Assembly: GCA_041487875.1 (NCBI GenBank)
Contig: JBGPOE010000009.1
Coordinates: 3,836-67,835, forward strand
DNA: 64,000 bases
Origin: Gemmatimonadota bacterium
GTDB lineage: Bacteria > Gemmatimonadota > Gemmatimonadetes > Gemmatimonadales > GWC2-71-9
Direction of reading: 5' to 3'
Shown: positions 19,532-34,147 of the stretch, one piece after another
Position numbering within the stretch: the stretch's first letter is position 1
How the letters are laid out: each line of letters starts with the position of its first letter
Position numbers and translations under genes: made by a program
Notes under the pieces: generated by a model
Seen by the model: the letters and a program-made list of their open reading frames with translations, nothing else
Databases searched by the model: none
What the model was told of the DNA's origin: nothing

Positions 19532-20050
19532 TCAAGCGGCGACCGTGTTGCCGCAGCGATGGCAGAAGTGGGCGTCGCTCTCGAGCGACGTGCCGCAACG
19601 GGCGCAGAACCCGGTCCCCGTCGCCAACCGGCGCCCGCAGGCGGAGCAGAATTCGGCACCAGGCTCGCTGGCGGTGCCGTGGACGGGACAGGAACGGGGA
19701 ACGGGGAATGGGGAAGGGGGAAGGGGTGCGGCGGATGCCGGCTCCCGCTTCCCCTTTCCCCCTTCCCCTGTCCCCGCCGCTTGCCGCATCACCGCGACTG
19801 CTTGCGCCGTGTATTGCGTCTTGAGCGACGCGTAGTCGGCGTCGGACAGCTTGCCCGTGGCGCGATCGAACTCGATCTCTTTGAGGGCCCGGAGCGCCAC
19901 GGCCGTGGGTGAGACGTCCTCGAGGTAATTCTCGCCGTCGTCCGCCGCGGCCGCTTCCAGCGACGCCGCCCAGGCAGGCTGCAGAATGGGCCGCAGCACG
20001 AACAGCACCGCCCCCGCCGCCAGCACCACGCCCACCACGAGCTCGAGCAC
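19532..20050 (-). CDS. CcmI-like N-terminal TM/helical module fused to a C-terminal double zinc ribbon
   Basis: 172 aa. LAAGAVLFVLRPIL plus ALRALKEIEFDRATGKLSDADYASLKTQY resembles the CcmI/CycH N-terminus. The C-terminus is CPVHG..FCSACG..FCARCG..FCHRCG. Follows ccmH on the same strand. Confidence 0.6.
   Translation of the reverse strand: MLELVVGVVLAAGAVLFVLRPILQPAWAASLEAAAADDGENYLEDVSPTAVALRALKEIEFDRATGKLSDADYASLKTQYTAQAVAVMRQAAGTGEGGKGKREPASAAPLPPSPFPVPRSCPVHGTASEPGAEFCSACGRRLATGTGFCARCGTSLESDAHFCHRCGNTVAA
19691..19776. repeat. Heptamer-repeat hairpin E2 embedded in-frame in the CcmI-like CDS
   Basis: Left arm (GGAANGG)x5 at 19691-19725. Stem ggggaagggggaagggg (19710-19726) pairs with cccctttcccccttcccc (19751-19768) with a one-base bulge, plus flanking extensions. 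Confidence 0.7.
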
Positions 20051-20055
20051 GGTCG

Positions 20056-20633
20056 TTACGCCTCGAACTTATCGAGCGCGCGTTGCAGCTGCTCGAGCTC
20101 GCCGGCCGACGCGTTGGGCGCGGCTGGCATCAGGGCGGGCGCCGGCGCGGCGGTGTGCGTCCAGCGCCGCAGCGCGAAGAACAGCAGGACGCCGGCGGTG
20201 AGCACGGCGGCACCCGGCACGAAATAGCCAGCCAGGTTGAAGCCGTGCTTGGGAGGCTCCATCAGGACGGCCGGCCCGTTCGCCTGCACGAAGGCGGCGA
20301 GGATCTGCGGGCCGCTGAGACCCGTCGCCGCGAACGCCAGGACCTGCTTGTGCATCGCCGGGCTCACCGAACAGGTGAAGTCCGTCGTGCGACAGGTGTA
20401 CACGTCGAGGCCGCAGCCGCAGGTGCACTTGAGCTGTTTTTCGATCTTCTGGATCGCGAGATCGTTGTCGCCAGCTGTGACGGGCTCGACACCCTTCCCC
20501 GCCCGCTGCGGATCCCACAGCCGGCCCGCGGGGCCGGTGCCGGGGAGAGAATCCTGAGGGTTCTGGGCCAGGGGCAGCATCACCAGCGCCCCGAAGAGCG
20601 ACGCGAGAAACTCGCGGCGATCCACGCTCGCGG

Positions 20634-20637
<4 letters not shown>
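20056..20637 (-). CDS. ccmH: Cytochrome c maturation protein CcmH/CcmL-like, atypical Cys motif
   Basis: Only the C-terminal 193 aa of the 856-aa track ORF is used. Start ATG at 20637 in an ATGA overlap with the ccmF stop. LKCTCGCGLDVYTC..MHKQVLAFAATGLSGPQILAAFVQANG..PP.. followed by a TM parallels CcmH architecture. The N-terminus SVDRREFLASL looks Tat-like. Confidence 0.7.
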
Positions 20638-22652
<2,015 letters not shown>

Positions 22653-23057
22653 TCAGGCTTTCGGAACGGCTTCGTAGCGCGAGCCGCATTTCGCCAGCAC
22701 GTTGGTCGCGCGGATCACGCCGTCCTTCTGCAGACGCCCTTCCACCACGACTTCCGCCGAATCCGTGAAGGTGTCGGGCGGCAGGCCGTGGTACACGACG
22801 GGATAGTTGGCGCCGCCGTCGGTGATTTGGAATCGCATCGTCTGGGTCGCCACGTCACGCGTCACGGTGCCGGGCACCACGTGCGCCCCCACCTTCATGC
22901 CGACGTCGTAAAACGACGGATCGGTGCCGATCTTGCGGGACAGCTCGGTGGGCGTCAGGAAGAACTGTCCCGTCTCCTTGATCCCCGAGGCCATCAGGTA
23001 GCCGACCGACACCACGATCAGCCCCGCCCCAATCGCGAATTTCGTTCCGGCATTCAT
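22653..23057 (-). CDS. ccmE: Cytochrome c maturation haem chaperone CcmE, CxxxY variant
   Basis: 134 aa with an N-terminal TM and an OB-like body. The C-terminal NVLAKCGSRYEAVPKA aligns with E. coli EVLAKHDENYTPPEV. Confidence 0.9.
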   Translation of the reverse strand: MNAGTKFAIGAGLIVVSVGYLMASGIKETGQFFLTPTELSRKIGTDPSFYDVGMKVGAHVVPGTVTRDVATQTMRFQITDGGANYPVVYHGLPPDTFTDSAEVVVEGRLQKDGVIRATNVLAKCGSRYEAVPKA

Positions 23058-23064
23058 GAGTAGA

Positions 23065-23190
23065 TTATACCGCCTTTCGTCCAGCGTGCTCCACCGCCCA
23101 GCGCACCGCCTCCGCGGGCGTCGCCACCCGGGGAATATCTATCGCCTGGGTGAAGCCATCGTGAAGCCCCCCCGCGATCACCGGCTTCAT
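23065..23190 (-). CDS. Possible 41-aa ORF translationally coupled to glpK
   Basis: Its ATG at 23190 forms an ATGA overlap with the glpK stop. MKPVIAGGLHDGFTQAIDIPRVATPAEAVRWAVEHAGRKAV. Mostly GC3 codons. Confidence 0.3.
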   Translation of the reverse strand: MKPVIAGGLHDGFTQAIDIPRVATPAEAVRWAVEHAGRKAV

Positions 23191-24692
23191 TCCTTGCTCC
23201 TCTTGGGGCTCCTCTTGGCCCGGGCCCAAAACCGCGCGGTCGCCACGGCACGCCGCCACTCCGGGAGGCGGGCGCGGGCCGCGCCACCGCCCGGGCCGGG
23301 CGCGAACCGCGTGAAGTGGCGGCCCGCGAGAAACTCATCTGGTGAGCGCCACACGCCGGCGGCGAGGCCCGCCAGGCCGGCGGCGCCGAGCGCCGTCGTC
23401 TCGATCACGTCGGGCCGCGCCACGGGCACGTTCAGCACGTCAGCCTGGAACTGCATCAACCAGTCGTTGGCCGCGGCGCCACCGTCCACCTGCAGGGCGG
23501 CGAGCCGCACGCGCGCGTCGGCGGTCATGGCGGCGAGCACCTCCTGGGTGCTGAACGCCATCGCTTCGAGCGTCGCGCGCACCAGCTGCGCCCGCGAGCT
23601 GCCACGTGTCAGACCGACGATGGTGCCGCGCGCATTAGCGTCCCAGTGCGGCGCCCCCAGCCCCACGAACGCGGGCACGAAGCAAACGCCCCCCGTGTCG
23701 GGCACGCCCGCCGCGAGCGCCGCCGTGTCGGCCGCCTGGGCGATGATCCCGAGTCCGTCGCGCAGCCACTGCACCGCCGCACCCGCGATGAACACACTGC
23801 CTTCGAGGGCATACGCAGGCTCGCCCCGCGCGTCGCAGGCGATCGTGGTGAGCAGGCCGTGCCGCGACACGGCGCGCCGCTTGCCCGTGTTGAGCAGCAA
23901 GAATGCGCCCGTACCGTACGTATTCTTCGCCTGACCGGCCCGCCAGCACCCCTGGCCGAACAGCGCGGCCTGCTGGTCGCCCGCGATGCCGGTGATCGGG
24001 ATCGGATGCCCGAGCTGGGCGGCGGTCGCCACGCCGAACGGGCCGCTCGAGGCGCGGATCTCCGGCAAGGCGTGACGCGGCACGCCGAACAACCGCAACA
24101 GCGCCGGGTCCCAATCGCGGCGCGTGATGTCGTACAACATGGTGCGTGAGGCGTTGGTGTGATCGGTGGCGAAGCTCGTGCCGCCCGTCAGCCGGAACAG
24201 CAGCCACGCATCCACCGTGCCGAACACCGCCTCGCCGCGCGCGACCCGGCGCGCGAGGCCCGGGACGTGCCGCAGCAGCCATTCGATCTTGGTCGCCGAG
24301 AAATACGGATCGAGCACCAGGCCCGTGCGGCGCCGGATCGTGGCCGCGTGACGACCCCGCGCCAGCGCGGCGCAACGGGCCGCCGTGCGCCGGTCCTGCC
24401 ACACGATGGCGCGGTACAGCGGCCGTCCGGTGGCGCGCTCCCAGACGCAGACCGTCTCGCGCTGGTTGGTGATGCCCATCGCCTCCGGAATCACCCGCGC
24501 GTGCCCCAAGGCGTCGCGCGCCGCGGCGAGTGTGGCCGCGAGCAGCTCCTCCGGATCGTGCTCGACTTCGCCGGGGTGCGGGAAGTGCTGGGTGATCTCG
24601 CGATAGCCGCGGCCGAGCACGCGCCCGTCCGCCGCGATCACGAGCGCGGTGGAGCCGGTGGTGCCCTGGTCAACGGCGAGAACGGCGGGCAT
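23187..24692 (-). CDS. glpK: Glycerol kinase
   Basis: Trimmed to the ATG at 24692 (MPAVLAVDQGTTGSTALV). FGGY kinase motifs GDQQAALFGQ and VDGGAAANDWLMQFQADV. 501 aa. Confidence 0.9.
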   Translation of the reverse strand: MPAVLAVDQGTTGSTALVIAADGRVLGRGYREITQHFPHPGEVEHDPEELLAATLAAARDALGHARVIPEAMGITNQRETVCVWERATGRPLYRAIVWQDRRTAARCAALARGRHAATIRRRTGLVLDPYFSATKIEWLLRHVPGLARRVARGEAVFGTVDAWLLFRLTGGTSFATDHTNASRTMLYDITRRDWDPALLRLFGVPRHALPEIRASSGPFGVATAAQLGHPIPITGIAGDQQAALFGQGCWRAGQAKNTYGTGAFLLLNTGKRRAVSRHGLLTTIACDARGEPAYALEGSVFIAGAAVQWLRDGLGIIAQAADTAALAAGVPDTGGVCFVPAFVGLGAPHWDANARGTIVGLTRGSSRAQLVRATLEAMAFSTQEVLAAMTADARVRLAALQVDGGAAANDWLMQFQADVLNVPVARPDVIETTALGAAGLAGLAAGVWRSPDEFLAGRHFTRFAPGPGGGAARARLPEWRRAVATARFWARAKRSPKRSKE

Positions 24693-24701
24693 GAGGAAAC
24701 C

Positions 24702-24718
24702 TAACGCGTTCCGCGTTA
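24702..24718. promoter_or_regulatory. 17-bp perfect palindrome TAACGCG-TTC-CGCGTTA (candidate operator)
   Basis: Sits in the 36-bp divergent gap between glpK (start 24692) and the enoyl-CoA hydratase (start 24729). Confidence 0.45.
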
Positions 24719-24728
24719 CCTTTCTCCC

Positions 24729-25511
24729 ATGGCCTACCAAACTCTCCTCTTCGAGATCAGGGACGGCATCGCCTTCGTCACGATCAACCGTCCCGACAAG
24801 CTCAACGCGCTGAACGACCAAGTCATGGCCGAACTCGGCCAAGCCGCCGACCGCATCGCGGGCGAGGAGGCGATCCGCGGAGTCATCGTGACGGGCGCGG
24901 GGTCCAAGGCGTTCGTGGCCGGAGCCGACATCGCCGACCTCGCCAAGCAGGGCCCGTTCGACGGCAAGGCGCGCGCCCTGCGGGGCCAAGGGGTGCTGCG
25001 ACGGCTCGAGACCTGCGGCAAGCCGGTCGTGGCCGCCGTGAACGGATTCGCGTTGGGGGGCGGCTGCGAGCTCGCGCTGGCCTGCCACATCCGCATCGCC
25101 AGCGACAACGCCAAGTTCGGCCAACCGGAGGTGAGGCTCGGCATCGCCCCGGGGTACGGCGGCACGCAGCGCCTGCCGCGCCTGGTGGGCAAGGGCCGGG
25201 CGTTGCAGCTCATCCTGACGGGCGAGATGATCGACGCCGCCGAGGCCTACCGCATCGGGCTGGTCAACAAAGTGGTCCCCGCCGCGGAGCTCGGGGCCGA
25301 ATCCGAGAAGCTGCTGCGGGGTATCCTTGCGATGGGCCCGCTCGCCGTGCGCCTCGCTCTCGAGGCCGTCGAGCGCGGGATGGACATGAGCCTGGATGAG
25401 GGTCTGCTGCTCGAGGCGAACCACTTTGGCCTGCTGGCCGCCACCGCGGACACGAAGGAAGGGCTGACCGCATTCCTGGAGAAGCGCGCACCCAAGTTCA
25501 CCGGCCGCTAG
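24729..25511 (+). CDS. Enoyl-CoA hydratase/isomerase (crotonase family)
   Basis: GAGSKAFVAGADI and NGFALGGGCELALACHIRIA. Confidence 0.9.
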   Translation: MAYQTLLFEIRDGIAFVTINRPDKLNALNDQVMAELGQAADRIAGEEAIRGVIVTGAGSKAFVAGADIADLAKQGPFDGKARALRGQGVLRRLETCGKPVVAAVNGFALGGGCELALACHIRIASDNAKFGQPEVRLGIAPGYGGTQRLPRLVGKGRALQLILTGEMIDAAEAYRIGLVNKVVPAAELGAESEKLLRGILAMGPLAVRLALEAVERGMDMSLDEGLLLEANHFGLLAATADTKEGLTAFLEKRAPKFTGR

Positions 25512-25549
25512 GGCGGCCGGCGGCGATCGCGGCGGCTCTGGTCCTCGCG

Positions 25550-25888
25550 GTGGCCGGGGCATTGGGGTGTCTCAGCGAGCGCCCCCGCCCCGGACCCCCC
25601 GCGCTGGAGATCGAGCTCGACCGGACGGCGGTGCACTCACCCGACACCCTCACCGGCCATATCCAGGTGAGCGACCCCGATGGGCTGGACTCCATCTGGC
25701 TCACGGTAGACGCGTCGCAGGCGTCCGCCGATGCGTTCCTGGAGACGAGCTACGGCGCCAGCTTCGGCCTGGCCGTTCGCTCCGGCTTCGGTGACGGTCA
25801 ACGCATTCCGGTGCGGCTCGAGGCGCGCGATCTGTTGGGCTTCCGCAGCACCCTGGACACGTCTGTCGTGGTCACGAGTCAGCCCTGA
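25550..25888 (+). CDS. Hypothetical small lipoprotein-like protein; start uncertain
   Basis: The in-frame upstream reading (IAAALVLAVAGALGC) looks like a signal peptide plus lipobox. No ATG/GTG/TTG lies upstream of 25550 in this frame. Confidence 0.4.
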   Translation: MAGALGCLSERPRPGPPALEIELDRTAVHSPDTLTGHIQVSDPDGLDSIWLTVDASQASADAFLETSYGASFGLAVRSGFGDGQRIPVRLEARDLLGFRSTLDTSVVVTSQP

Positions 25889-25905
25889 AAAAACAGAGAT
25901 AAACC

Positions 25906-25995
25906 TTGCCCTGACAACAACTTCTGGGTAAGTTTGTAGGGCTTTCCAACGGCTCTCGCGAAGACGTCGCGGCGCCACGGGACGTTCCGTGGCGC
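25906..25995 (+). promoter_or_regulatory. Candidate promoter (TTGCCC-N17-TAAGTT) plus 9-bp leader hairpin upstream of DUF721-gyrB
   Basis: Hexamers at 25906-25911 and 25929-25934, in a locally AT-rich stretch. The hairpin is gcgccacgg-gacgtt-ccgtggcgc at 25972-25995. Confidence 0.35.
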
Positions 25996-26004
25996 TGTGT
26001 GTAA

Positions 26005-28257
<2,253 letters not shown>

Positions 28258-28264
28258 GCGTGGC

Positions 28265-28501
28265 ATGGCCGCCACACTCGTCGTCCTCGCGGTACTGCTC
28301 GTGATCCTCGCCTGGCTGTTCTGGGGTGGGCGCGGCGACGCCGCCGAACCCACCACACATCGTCGCGCCGACGCCACAGATGCGATCGACCGCGCAGAGC
28401 TGGAGCGGGCGGAACAGGATGTGCAGGAAGCGCCCGATGAGGACAGCGTACGGGATTGGGGGCCGGGTGCTGGACGCCCCAAACCCCCGGAGCTGTTGTG
28501 A
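28265..28501 (+). CDS. Small hypothetical membrane protein
   Basis: 78 aa, with N-terminal TM LVVLAVLLVILAWLFW followed by an acidic tail. Confidence 0.4.
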   Translation: MAATLVVLAVLLVILAWLFWGGRGDAAEPTTHRRADATDAIDRAELERAEQDVQEAPDEDSVRDWGPGAGRPKPPELL

Positions 28502-28521
28502 CGGTCGGCTGACGCGGCCCG

Positions 28522-29901
28522 CTAACCTCGAGGAGCTGCTCGAGGTGCCCGACCGGGTGGCGGGAGAATAGGGGTGAGCGCTTCGACCCCCGCTTTCGTG
28601 ACGCGATGCGAGACGAGCGGCAGGGGCTTCTGCTCCAGTTTCCCGCCGATCCCGATGGCCGCGCGCAGGGCGCCGAGGCCCAGCTCGATCCCGGCGGCGT
28701 CGCGGGCGAACACCGAGGCGATCGGCTCCCCCTCCACCACACGGTCGCCCGGCTTCACCGTGATGACGAAGCCCACGCTCGGATCGACGTCGTCTTCCAC
28801 TTGGATGCGGCCGCCGCCCAGCGCCACGATGGCGCGGCCGATGCCGCGCGGCTCGACCCGCGTGACGATGCCCGTCTCCGGCGCCGCGAACACCTCCACC
28901 GCCTGCGCCTGCGGCAGCACGGACGGGTCCTCCACGACCTTGGGATTGCCGCCCTGCGCCTCGATGATCTGCTCGAACTTCTCGGCGGCTAACCCCGAGC
29001 CGAGCGCGTTCTCGAGCCGGGCGCGCGCCTTCTTGGAGTTCTTCTCCACGCCCGCCGCGAGCAGCATCTCCACGCCCAGCGCGTAGGTCACCTCCATCAA
29101 GTCGGGAGGCCCTTCCCCGCGCAGCGCGAGGATCGCCTCCTCGGTCTCGAGCGCGTTGCCGCAGGCGCGCCCCAGGGGCCGGTCCATCGCCGTGAGCAAC
29201 GCGACGGTGGGGCAACCGCGGTCTTCGCCGATCGCGATCATCGTTTGTGCCAGCTCGAGCGCTTGGTCGAGCGGCGGCAGGAACGCGCCCGCGCCGTGCT
29301 TCACGTCCAGCACCAACGCGCTCAACCCCTCGGCGAGCTTCTTCGACATGATGCTCGCGGCGATGAGCGGAATCGCCTCCACGGTTGCCGTCACGTCGCG
29401 CAGCGCGTACAGCTTCTTGTCGGCGGGCGCGATCTCCGGCGTCTGGCCGATCATGGCGCAGCCGAGCTTCATGACCTGCGCCTTGGCGTCGGCGAGCGAC
29501 AGGCGCGTGCGGAATCCGGGGATCGCTTCGAGCTTGTCGAGCGTGCCGCCGGTGTGGCCGAGCCCGCGTCCCGACATCATCGGCACGGCGACGCCGCAGG
29601 CCGCGACCAACGGGGCGAGCACGAGGGAGACCTTGTCGCCCACGCCGCCGGTCGAATGCTTGTCCACGCGCGGCACGGTCCAGTCGTCGAAGGCGAGGCG
29701 CTGTCCGGATGCGAGCATCGCATCGGTGAGCGCGGCCAGCTCGTGGCGCGCCAGGCCGCGCAGCAGCACCGCCATGAGCAGGGCCGACATCTGATAATCG
29801 GGAATGTCGCCCACGGTATATGCGGCGATCAGCGCGGACCACTCTTCGGCGGTGAGCGTGCCGCCGTCGCGCTTGCGTTCGATCAGGGGCACGACGATCA
29901 T
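28522..29901 (-). CDS. deoA: Thymidine/pyrimidine-nucleoside phosphorylase
   Basis: HSTGGVGDK and SGRGLGHTGGTLDKLE. Confidence 0.9.
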   Translation of the reverse strand: MIVVPLIERKRDGGTLTAEEWSALIAAYTVGDIPDYQMSALLMAVLLRGLARHELAALTDAMLASGQRLAFDDWTVPRVDKHSTGGVGDKVSLVLAPLVAACGVAVPMMSGRGLGHTGGTLDKLEAIPGFRTRLSLADAKAQVMKLGCAMIGQTPEIAPADKKLYALRDVTATVEAIPLIAASIMSKKLAEGLSALVLDVKHGAGAFLPPLDQALELAQTMIAIGEDRGCPTVALLTAMDRPLGRACGNALETEEAILALRGEGPPDLMEVTYALGVEMLLAAGVEKNSKKARARLENALGSGLAAEKFEQIIEAQGGNPKVVEDPSVLPQAQAVEVFAAPETGIVTRVEPRGIGRAIVALGGGRIQVEDDVDPSVGFVITVKPGDRVVEGEPIASVFARDAAGIELGLGALRAAIGIGGKLEQKPLPLVSHRVTKAGVEALTPILPPPGRAPRAAPRG

Positions 29902-29930
29902 TCAGCGGCCCCCACCGTCCGGAGATCCTG

Positions 29931-30710
29931 ATGCGCTTCGCCCCGCTCGTCGCCCTGCTCGTCGCCGCCCCACTCGCCGCGCAGACCGCCGCCGAGCACG
30001 TCGCGATGGGGGACAGCGCCCAGCCGTTCCTGCACCCCGATGTCGCGCTGGTCCACTATCGCGAAGCCCTGGCGCTCGATTCGCTCGACTTCGCGGCCAA
30101 CTGGAAGGCGGCCCGCGCGCTCGCCGACGTCGCCAAGCAGCTCACCGGGGACGACACCAAGGCGCAGCGCGACAGTCTGTATTCGGTGGGCCGCACGTAT
30201 GCCGAACGCGCGCTGCGCATCGACTCGACGCGCGCCGAGGGCCACTACGTCGTGGCGCTGGTGCTGGGCCGGTTGTCGCGGACGCGGGGCGGCAGGGAGC
30301 GGGTGCGGTTCGCGCAGATCATCTACGACCAGGCCACGCGCGCCATCCAGATCGACTCGACCATGGACGGCGCCTGGCACATTTTGGGCGCCTGGCACGC
30401 GGAGGTGAAGCGGCTGTCCGGCTTCACGCGCTTCTTCGCCAAGGCGCTGTTCGGCGCGGGGTTCATGGACAAGGCCAACTGGGACGACGCGCAGCGCAAC
30501 CTCGAGCGCGCGGTGGCCCTGCGGCCGGAGCACGTGTATCACCGGCTGGAGCTCGCGCAGGTGTACGTGGACGTCGGCAAGTATGCGCGCGCTCGCGAGC
30601 AGTTGACCACGATCGCAACCCTCCCCATCGGCGACGTGATGGACCCGTCGTACAAGCGCGACGCCGCCAAGTTGCTCGGCGACATCCGCGACAAGAAAGA
30701 CGAGTCTTAG
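29931..30710 (+). CDS. Secreted helical-repeat (TPR-like) protein
   Basis: Signal peptide MRFAPLVALLVAAPLAAQ followed by repeated helical hairpins. Confidence 0.55.
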   Translation: MRFAPLVALLVAAPLAAQTAAEHVAMGDSAQPFLHPDVALVHYREALALDSLDFAANWKAARALADVAKQLTGDDTKAQRDSLYSVGRTYAERALRIDSTRAEGHYVVALVLGRLSRTRGGRERVRFAQIIYDQATRAIQIDSTMDGAWHILGAWHAEVKRLSGFTRFFAKALFGAGFMDKANWDDAQRNLERAVALRPEHVYHRLELAQVYVDVGKYARAREQLTTIATLPIGDVMDPSYKRDAAKLLGDIRDKKDES

Positions 30711-30787
30711 GGGTCCGAAGCTAGCGCCCGCCGGGACACGCGGCAACGGCGCTTGACGCGCATCCCGAACGCGGGACAAACTTCCCC

Positions 30788-33591
<2,804 letters not shown>

Positions 33592-33592
33592 G

Positions 33593-34147
33593 TTGGCGTC
33601 CCGGATGACCACTGCCACGTCCAACGCGCATCGGCTCGCCCTCGGGCGCGCCGGTCTCCAGCAGCTCCACCGCAGTCTGGCGGAGCATGCCGGCGATCAG
33701 GCGGTGACCGTGCTGCAAGAGGCGGGGTTTGCCGCGGGCGAAGGCCTGTTTCAGACCTACCGCGACTGGCTCCGGGCCGAGTACGGCGTGGACCACCCCG
33801 AGGAGCTCGACTCCGCGCTGTTCACCGAGGCCCTGTCCGCTTTCTTCCTGGCGCAGGGCTGGGGCGCCGTCACGATCTCGCCGTTGGCGGGTGCGCTCGC
33901 GGTGGACTCGGCGGACTGGGCCGAAGCCGAGCCCGGCACGGCGGAGGCGCCGATGTGCTTTTTTTCCACCGGCATGCTGGCGGATTTTCTGGGGCGCTTG
34001 TCGGGTGAGCCGGTGGCCGTCATGGAAGTCGAATGCCGCTCGCGCAACGACGCCCGCTGCCGCTTCCTCTCCGCCACGACGGAGACGCTGCAGCGCGTGT
34101 ACGAGGAGATGACGCAGGGCAAGACCTACGAAGAAGCGCTCGGCTAG
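33593..34147 (+). CDS. V4R (4-vinyl reductase-like) domain protein
   Basis: C-terminal half MCFFSTGMLADFLGRLSGEPVAVMEVECRSRNDARCRFL. An alternative ATG is at 33605. Confidence 0.6.
   Translation: MASRMTTATSNAHRLALGRAGLQQLHRSLAEHAGDQAVTVLQEAGFAAGEGLFQTYRDWLRAEYGVDHPEELDSALFTEALSAFFLAQGWGAVTISPLAGALAVDSADWAEAEPGTAEAPMCFFSTGMLADFLGRLSGEPVAVMEVECRSRNDARCRFLSATTETLQRVYEEMTQGKTYEEALG

Noticed and set aside
18454-19776. Heptamer repeats as a mini CRISPR array or other spaced-repeat locus.
   Set aside because: The units are 7 nt, directly abutting and arranged as palindromes. There are no spacers of about 30 nt and no cas genes.
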